From Epithemia pelagica (lineage: Eukaryota; Protista; Bacillariophyta), in contig OX337241.1 in NCBI GenBank assembly GCA_946965045.2, forward strand, positions 3,122,671 through 3,186,670: a DNA stretch of 64,000 nt, written 5' to 3'. This document shows positions 56,226-64,000 of this stretch, in pieces. The notes under the pieces are model-generated. The model did no database searches. It saw only the letters and a program-made list of their open reading frames with translations, and was not told where the DNA came from. Each line of letters begins with the position of its first letter. Positions within the stretch are counted from its first letter, which is position 1. The translations under genes and the position numbers were made by a program.

Positions 56226-59200
56226 ATGGAAGCGACACCTCCCAAGACACCGTTTACTCCTCCTGAGGACAAGTCAAGTCATATAACCAACCAAGATCTC
56301 TTCGACCATATAACTAAAGGCATCTTTGGTTGTAATGATGAACGAGCCCAATCACTTCAAAAGTGGATGCGACATCATGGTTTTGAACATATCCTTCATG
56401 TCCTCGACCATGTTGCAACTGATCCCGAGGAGACACTCAAGGATCTCATGCAATACAAGGTTGGAAAACAAGTCAACGACCTACAGACAAGTACAAGATT
56501 ACAACTCAAACTAATGGCATATTGGTTACTACAACAACGGCAACTCCAACATGGAAAACTACCCCGTGCTACATTGATGAACCTCACGAGGGACCAATAT
56601 GACGATTGGAGGATCAACACCGACTTTACCAAGTCTGGTATGAACCAAGACCCATTTTCTCCTCTGAAATCACCTGCACACTCCGTATCATCCCGATCTC
56701 CCACTACATCCTCTACAACATCTCAATCCATGTAAGATCTCTCTGCTTTCAAGAAAGGAACCAAAAGAGATGCAACAGCATTTGAATCATTCAAAGACGA
56801 ACGATACTTTGATTCGTTTTGGCGTGTATTCAAATCAACTGCGAAAGCACAAGGATTGTCGAATGTTCTTGATTTCGATTACAAGGTACCCAAGGATGAC
56901 GAATGCGCAGAGTTACTTTTCCGAGAACAACAAGTCTTTGTCTATTCTGTACTTGTACGTATTATCCAAACCGACCAAGGAAGAGCATATGTTCGAGAAC
57001 ATGAACATGATGAAGATGCAAGAGCCGTCTTGAAGAAACTCCATGTTCTACACACTGAATCTGATCTAGCTAAGCGAGAAGTGTTACGCCTAACAAGCTA
57101 CATTTCGAATCTTCGACTGGGTGACTCTTGCAACTCGTCAGTTTCTCCTACATTTTCAAGAACAGCTACGACTTCTGGATAACCTTGTACCACTGTCGGA
57201 TCGTATCCATGACCATACAAGGATGACCTTCCTTATGCAAGCTGTTGAAAAGGTACCTGATTTAAGACGAGTCAAGATCTTGGATAACGTTGTCAACACA
57301 AAATCTGGAGCCAAGTCTCTCTGTTATCAATCATATTTCTGCCTGCTTCTTGATGCTGCTTTTGACCATGACCAAGCTACCCGAACTTCTGCGTCTAACC
57401 GCCGTCGTCATGTAAAGCAACATGAATTTCAGTTGGATGAACCTTTTGAACCAGTGGAGCCCCCTGACTACCAGATCAACAACACGAATATCCAATCCGA
57501 AAAGTCCCCAACTTCGTCGAAAATCAGCCTTCCAAGAGATGTATGGTTTAAACTCTCTGAAGAGGATCGGCAAATCATTGTCGACTTCAATAAATCCGTC
57601 CAAGATTCCCCGACAACTCCACGCAAGGTCCAAACACATTCTCTTGACATTGATCCTGAACCGGACCCTGATCCTGATGCCAACAACATTGGTGATACCC
57701 ATCAAGATGCACCAGAACAAGATCCATTCGATACATCCTCTGATCCGGTTACCCATTTAGTACACCAGGCTATTGCATCGACAGATATCAATCATCCAGC
57801 ATCTGACCTCAGCAACATCTTGTCAACTTCTACGACAAAGTCAAGTCCTAAAGTCAAGTTCAAGTCTTCTGCTGATCACAAGCAAAAGGTTCATATGTCA
57901 CAATATCTATTCTCCCACAAATCCACCTTTTCTGGTAATCAACTCATCAATCGAGGTGCCACTGGAGGCCTTGCAGGATCTGACATGCGCATCCTTGCCA
58001 AAACCGGACGTCATATTACCATCGTAGGTATTGACAATCATGAATTGACTGGCCTTCCAGTTGTTACCTGTGCTGCCAAGTTTGATACAAGTGATGGACC
58101 CATTATTGGTATCTTCAATGAGTATGCCCACTATGGAAAGGGTTTATCTATCCATGCCCCAGCGCAATTTGAACATTTCGGCCTATCTGTCGACGAACGA
58201 TCCGTCAAGGTTGATGGCAAACAACGCATAACTACCCTTGATGGACGTGCATTGCCCTTACGAATCAAGGATGGCCTTGCATACATTCAATCTCTGGGAA
58301 TCCCTTCTGATGACGATATGGATAAATATCCGCATATTGTGTTCACTTCACCCCATATCTGGGATCCTTCTGTACTTGACCATACCCATCCAGACCCCCA
58401 TCAAGACCCTGCACCGAACTGGACATCTGTGGAGACTGATGGTAGTATGGAAACGTACCCCTATGACCAATATGGGGAGTATACCGATCGCGTTGTATGC
58501 ACTTTGAATCTCCTCCTTGATCTCCCATATGATCATGGCCCCGATACACCTTCCTTCTTTTCCATCTATGCTGATCAAGATGGCAACGACCCCACACTTC
58601 ATGCGTCTGTCCACAAACTCTACAAGGAACAATACGACTGGAAGAAATTTCGCCCTTTCTATGGGTGGCAATCGGAAGACGTAATCGCCGATACGTTCAA
58701 GCATACAACTCGTCATGGACACATTTCCTTTGACCAGGATACCTTGAAGAAACATTTTAAGGCCCGGAATCCTATCCTTAACCTACCACGACGGCATGAA
58801 CCCGTTGCCACTGACTCCATCTTCTCCGACACCCCGGCTGTTAACCATGGTGGCAAGATTGCTCAGATTTTTGTTGGTCGTGATACTTTGGTTACTGACA
58901 TTTATGGTATCAAGTCTACCAAGCAATTCGTCAATACCCTCCAGGATAACATTCGTACACGTGGTGTCATGGAGACTTTGATCAGTGATGGTGGTTCGTC
59001 ACTTATTTCCCACAAGGTCAAAGATATTCTTTGCACCCTTCTGATTGGTGAATACCGTTCCGAGCCCTATCATCAACACCAGAACAAAGCTGAGAACCGC
59101 TACCAGACCGTTAAGCGTATGACCAATGCTATCATGAATGCCTCTGGTTGCCCTGCTTCTGCATGGTTACTTTGTTTAGAATATGTGTGTGACCTCCTCA

Positions 59201-61873
59201 ATCACACTTCCTCTCCCACCCACTCTGGCCGCACCCCTCTTGAGGCTCTTACCGGTACCCCACCCGACATTACCCATCTCCTTTTCTTTCCTTTCTGGGA
59301 TGAGGTCTACTATCGTGTCGACCCTTCTGAACCTACCTCCGGTTCTTACCCTTCGTCTCCCGACGAGAAGCTTGGCCACTGGGTTGGTTTTGCCCACCAT
59401 GTTGGTGATGCCTTTACTTGGAAGATCCTCACTGCCGACAACGTCATCATCTCCCGTTCCGCTGTCCGTCGCGTTGCCTCCACTACCCCCAACCTTCGTG
59501 TGGATATCTCTTCAGGGGAGGAGTCGCCGCATAAACCCACTGACAAGCAAGGTGACACTGTCTTTATTCGCAGCAGAAGTGAAGACCCATCCACACCTAT
59601 GCCAACAATTGACTACGACGATTTAGTTGGACGCACATTCCTTTGTGACACTGAAGAGAATGGGGAGCGCCACCGAGCACGAGTAATCAAACGAGTTGTC
59701 GACCTGGAACAAGATGCAACCAAACAAGAAGATCGACTCAAATATATCTTTCGCAAGTCTAACTCCAATGTTGATGAGATGATCTCCTACAACCAGCTCA
59801 TGGAATACATTGAAAGGGATAATCAAGCCCAAACGACAGGGGATAGTCTCTTCCGATTCAGAGACGTTATTGCACACCAAGGACCTTTGAACTCAAGCGA
59901 CCCAGACTATTGATTGGGAGACTGGGGAGACGACATACGAACCTCTATCTCTTATTGCAAATGATGACCCCATCACAGTCGCCATCTATGCCAAGAAAAA
60001 TGGTTTGCTGGATCTACCTGGATGGAAACATCTCAAGCGATACGTCAAGACAAGCAAAAGACTCATTCGAGCAGCTAAACAATCCAGGATCAAACAAGTT
60101 TGTCGCTCTATCAAGTACAAGTTTGGTTTCCAAGTACCTCGCACCTATGAAGAAGCAGTGGAACTAGACAAGCAATTTGGGAACACGAAATAGCAAGACG
60201 CAACAGAATTGGAACTCTCACAGATCCAATCGTATAACACTTTCAAGGACCATGGAAAAGCCAAGTTCATTAATGGGAAATTGGCCAATGCATCAGAAGG
60301 ATATCATAAGATAAGAGTACATCTGGTCTTTGATGTAAAGCATGACGGAAGGCACAAGGCACGACTTGTCGCAGATGGACATCTCACCAAGGAACCCGTT
60401 GAGACCATCTATTCAGGGGTTGTCTCCATTCGCAACCTTCGCATTGCCATATTTCTTGGAACCATGAACGACATGGAAATATGGGGAGCAGATATTGGGA
60501 ACGCATACCTAGAAGCATTGACAGGAGAGAAGATTTTCATCATTGCAGGACCAGAGTTCAAGGAGTTAGAAGGACATATCTTGATCATCTACAAGGCATT
60601 ATATGGTCTCAAATTCTCAGGTGCTCGCTGGCATGACAAACTGTTTGATGTCCTCATTGATATGGGATTTTCTCCAAGCAAGGCTGACCCTGATATTTGG
60701 ATGAAGAAGGCTCCTGGAGAAGACTGTTATGAATATATCGCTGTATATGTTGATGACTTAGCTATCGTTGCCATGGACCCTGAAGCTGTCTGCAAGATCT
60801 TTACAGAAAAATACAACTTCAAACTCAAAGGAGACGGACCTATCGAGTATCATTTGGGGTGTCGTTATACCAAAGATCCAGACGGTACACTTGTGTCTGA
60901 CCCACGAAGGTACATCGAGAAGATGATGGATACCTATGAAAGATTGTTCAATGAGAAACCCAAGAAAGCAAAGCCGCCAGTCATTGCTAACGATCATCCT
61001 GAACTCGATGACTCTGAGCTCTTAGATGAAGAAGGGACCCAGCATTTCCAGACTCTTATTGGACAACTGCAATGGCTAATTACCATTGGCCGTTTTGATG
61101 TCTTTCCTGCTACCATGACTCTATCAAGGTTCAGAGCTGCTCCAAGGATTGGTCATTTGAAGCGAGCCAAACGCATCTATGGATACCTCATGTCATTTCC
61201 TGATGGGTCTATCAGATTCCGCACTGGGGAGCCAGATTTATCAGCTTTACCTATCCAAGAATACGATTGGAGTCGTACCGCATACATGGACGCCAAGGAA
61301 CGTATCCCTGAGGACTGTCCAACCCCACTTGGGCGTTTTGTGACAACCATACATTATGTCGACGCAAATCTCATGCATGATATGGTTACTGGGAAAGCAG
61401 TTACAGTCATCCTGCATTTTGTAAACGGTACACCCGTGGACTGGTACAGTAAGCGACAAGCGACAGTGGAGACAGCCACGTATGGATCTGAATTTGTTGC
61501 CGCAAGGACTGCAGTTGATCAGATCACGGAGCTACGCCTTACACTCCGATACTTGGGAGTCCCTCTGCGAGAGAAGAGTTAAATGTTTGGAGATAACCGC
61601 TCTGTCGTTATCAATAGCACCGCACCACACTCAATCATCTCCAAGAGGCACCATCTCCTATCCTATCACCGAGTCCGTGAAGCTATCGCTGCAAAGTACG
61701 TCGCATTCTACTGGAAAGATGGAAAGACAAACCCAGCTGATATTCTCAGTAAACATTGGGAATTCGCCGCAGTTTGGCCCATGCTCAGATCTTTGTTATT
61801 CTGGAGAGGAAAAATCCAGGAAAGTGATGAGGGAATTGACAATCCTCATTCGACGAATTGTGGGGAGTGTTAG
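56226..61873 (+). pseudogene. Copia-2 gag-pol, disrupted
   Basis: Gag FKKGTKRD; PR LINRGATGG (catalytic D changed to N); integrase VATDSI/LISDG/KAENR; RT YVDD; RNase H YVDAN/GSEF/FGDN/ADILSK. Stops at 56733-56735, 60191-60193 and 61580-61582; frameshifts near 57130 and 59910. Confidence 0.93.
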
Positions 61874-62625
61874 GATTCCCACCGAAAACTAGGTGGCGAA
61901 ACCTACAACTCATCGAATGATGCTAGTATTTCATGGCATCCGATGACATTTTCCTAAAAGTGAGAAAAGAATGTCGGCATGCTCGCGAAACTATAAATTT
62001 GGCCACGGCATGCTCGCATTGCACGCGTTATCGGCGACCGCTCGGATATTAACTATGGCCCAACACGTGCGCGCCCAAAACTATCAAGTGCGCGCCTCTA
62101 CTATCCGAGTACGCGCATCCACGATTCGACCTAACGGTCTATGTAATCAAAGCACGAATCACGATCACGCGAGACCATATCTCTGTTCCCACAAATCCAA
62201 GAATGCAAACAGCAACGCGCCCAGGACAAGACTTATACCACGACAAAGCAAGAGCTGTTGCATCCCATACATGTTATCCATCACCCTATACATTCAATAT
62301 ACACCAATGCCGGTCTACTCCAACCAGTGAGGACCTATCACACCAGATCCATGGCCGTATACAAGAGCCATGACTTCGGCACCATCAACCACCTTAGTCA
62401 GTAATCGTCTCACAATCATTAATATCACCATTTTAACACTCATCTTAAGACTAACCTCTTATCAGTGGACCGACTGCCCCCACCCACGGCGGACTTTGAC
62501 TTGCAACTCTTCTCTGACCCGTGGAGGATTGTTGTATCGGTTGGTGATTCGATTGTCGGCTCAGCGAGCCTTTTACCTATCCTACCTATCTGTCTAACCC
62601 CTGTTGAATCGAGAGAAGTTTATCA
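61868..62625 (+). repeat. 3' LTR of Copia-2
   Basis: 758 bp, about 99.3% identical to the 5' LTR. Confidence 0.95.
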
Positions 62626-63457
62626 GAGTGTTATCCGTTCGTGGAGGGGCCGGGTGCTCTGCTGGAAGGGCCTGATTCTGCCGGGCCAAGTCCTCAATTT
62701 CCGCATTCAGAGTCGTCGTAAATCCTCGTTGGGGGGACTCCACCGATGTCTGAGCAACCTGAACTGCCCCAGGGGGAGCATCCGCTGGAGTGGGTTGTGG
62801 AACCGCATCAGGGGGACCATGGTGGTGAGGTGGATTGGCCTCGGGGGAGGCGTCGGCTACGGGAGGTACCGCCCTCGGCACCAAAACATCCACCATAGGG
62901 ACGTCCTCATCCAAGGGTTCGGCCACCGGAGAACGTGGGGCCCGGCGATTGGACTGACGATTATGTCGGCGACGAGGAGACGACGCGGGAAGATCCGACT
63001 CGTTCACATTGTTAGCACGACCGCCACGACCGCGTTGAGTGTCCAGGGGAGGTCGGCCGTTGTTACGGCCTCGTCCTCGACCAGCTGGAGCCCGTCCACG
63101 TCCTCGGCCCCGTCCGCCCGAACTCCCTCGGGAGGACGGAACGCTAGTCCAATCCGACGCCGTGTCAGAGCTAGTATTGGGCAATGTCACCTGATCCGGA
63201 GAACGGTGCGCCGTCATGGTGGTTGGGCCTCGGCCTGACGACCGAGCGGAGCGGGAAGTAAGGGACCCCGCCGAGGTGCTAGCCGCCGTCGTAGTCTCCG
63301 CTTGGGAGTCCGTCGTTGGATGATTCACTCGAGGCGTTCCAGAAACCGCTACACCATGACCGCGTCCTTGATCCGCCGACTGAAAGAACTGGGTCACTCG
63401 GGCTTGATTGCCATGGGAAGGCGTCGACGTAGCGGAAGCTGCCGCAGGAGGCCTAGA
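62626..63457 (-). pseudogene. LINE ORF1, 5' portion (low-complexity, RGG-rich)
   Basis: Joins in frame to 54734 once Copia-2 and one TSD are removed (...RTDNT-P-TSRSEPP...). The frame is open up to the telomere junction. Confidence 0.8.
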
Positions 63458-64000
63458 AGGGTTAGGGTTAGGGTTAGGGTTAGGGTTAGGGTTAGGGCTA
63501 GGGTTAGGGTTAGGGTTAGGGTTAGGGTTAGGGTTAGGGTTAGGGTTAGGGTTAGGGTTAGGGTTAGGGTTAGGGTTAGGGTTAGGGTTAGGGTTAGGGT
63601 TAGGGTTAGGGTTAGGGTTAGGGTTAGGGTTAGGGTTAGGGTTAGGGTTAGGGTTAGGGTTAGGGTTAGGGTTAGGGTTAGGGTTAGGGTTAGGGTTAGG
63701 GTTAGGGTTAGGGTTAGGGTTAGGGTTAGGGTTAGGGTTAGGGTTAGGGTTAGGGTTAGGGTTAGGGTTAGGGTTAGGGTTAGGGTTAGGGTTAGGGTTA
63801 GGGTTAGGGTTAGGGTTAGGGTTAGGGTTAGGGTTAGGGTTAGGGTTAGGGTTAGGGTTAGGGTTAGGGTTAGGGTTAGGGTTAGGGTTAGGGTTAGGGT
63901 TAGGGTTAGGGTTAGGGTTAGGGTTAGGGTTAGGGTTAGGGTTAGGGTTAGGGTTAGGGTTAGGGTTAGGGTTAGGGTTAGGGTTAGGGTTAGGGTTAGG
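63458..64000 (+). repeat. Telomeric (TTAGGG)n array, about 90 units
   Basis: Perfect TTAGGG repeats run to the window end with one CTAGGG variant at 63498-63503. The G-rich strand runs 5' to 3' toward the end. Confidence 0.99.

Larger units (their letters stand above)
54740..62625 (+). mobile_element. Defective Ty1/Copia (CoDi-like) LTR retrotransposon, Copia-2
   Basis: 758-bp LTRs (TG...CA) at 54740-55497 and 61868-62625, TSD GAGTG (54735-54739 and 62626-62630), PPT TGTGGGGAG before the 3' LTR, and gag-PR-IN-RT-RH remnants. Confidence 0.96.
46873..63457 (-). mobile_element. Non-LTR retrotransposon (LINE, Ambal-like: ORF1 plus APE-RT-RNaseH-CCHC ORF2), decayed, interrupted by Copia-2, 5' end fused to the telomere
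   Basis: Host homology stops at ...GCCCCTCAATG (46872; paralogs continue CCAGTTCC). The element 3' tail is (TTGTAT)2. ORF1 and ORF2 remnants are on the minus strand. Length is about 8.7 kb without the nested Copia. Confidence 0.88.

Noticed and set aside
56733-61582. RIP- or APOBEC-like hypermutation of the transposons
   Set aside because: Only a few C-to-T/G-to-A nonsense changes, mixed with a transversion and deletions; Copia-2 LTRs are nearly identical and Copia-1 is untouched.

Overview
Eukaryotic chromosome end, probably from a diatom. This is inferred from two CoDi-like Copia elements, an Ambal-like LINE and a TTAGGG telomere; no database was used. Bases 1-46872 are a subtelomeric array of intronless six-bladed kelch genes with no BTB or F-box domain: 9 complete, 1 5'-truncated, and the tail of another at the window start. 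All point toward the telomere and are separated by a shuffled mosaic of shared spacer modules. Framework residues are nearly invariant while the propeller top-face positions vary strongly, and two copies share a 236-bp identical tract. One opposite-strand gene inside the array encodes an LRR-helical-TIR protein with one intron and an intact TIR catalytic Glu. An intact, very young Copia (7099-13365, minus strand; LTRs identical by eye, GGTAC TSD) has gag and pol in one frame, separated by a UGA-CAAUCA plus hairpin readthrough signal. Its PBS matches the D-arm of initiator tRNA-Met. From 46873, a decayed APE-RT-RNaseH LINE (minus strand) runs to the telomere. Its ORF1 is split by a second, defective Copia (54740-62625, plus strand, GAGTG TSD) with a PBS matching the tRNA-Asn anticodon arm, an extra upstream ORF and a chromodomain-like integrase tail. 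The LINE 5' end joins about 90 TTAGGG repeats (63458-64000) directly. All alignments were done by eye, and tRNA comparisons rely on remembered consensus sequences.
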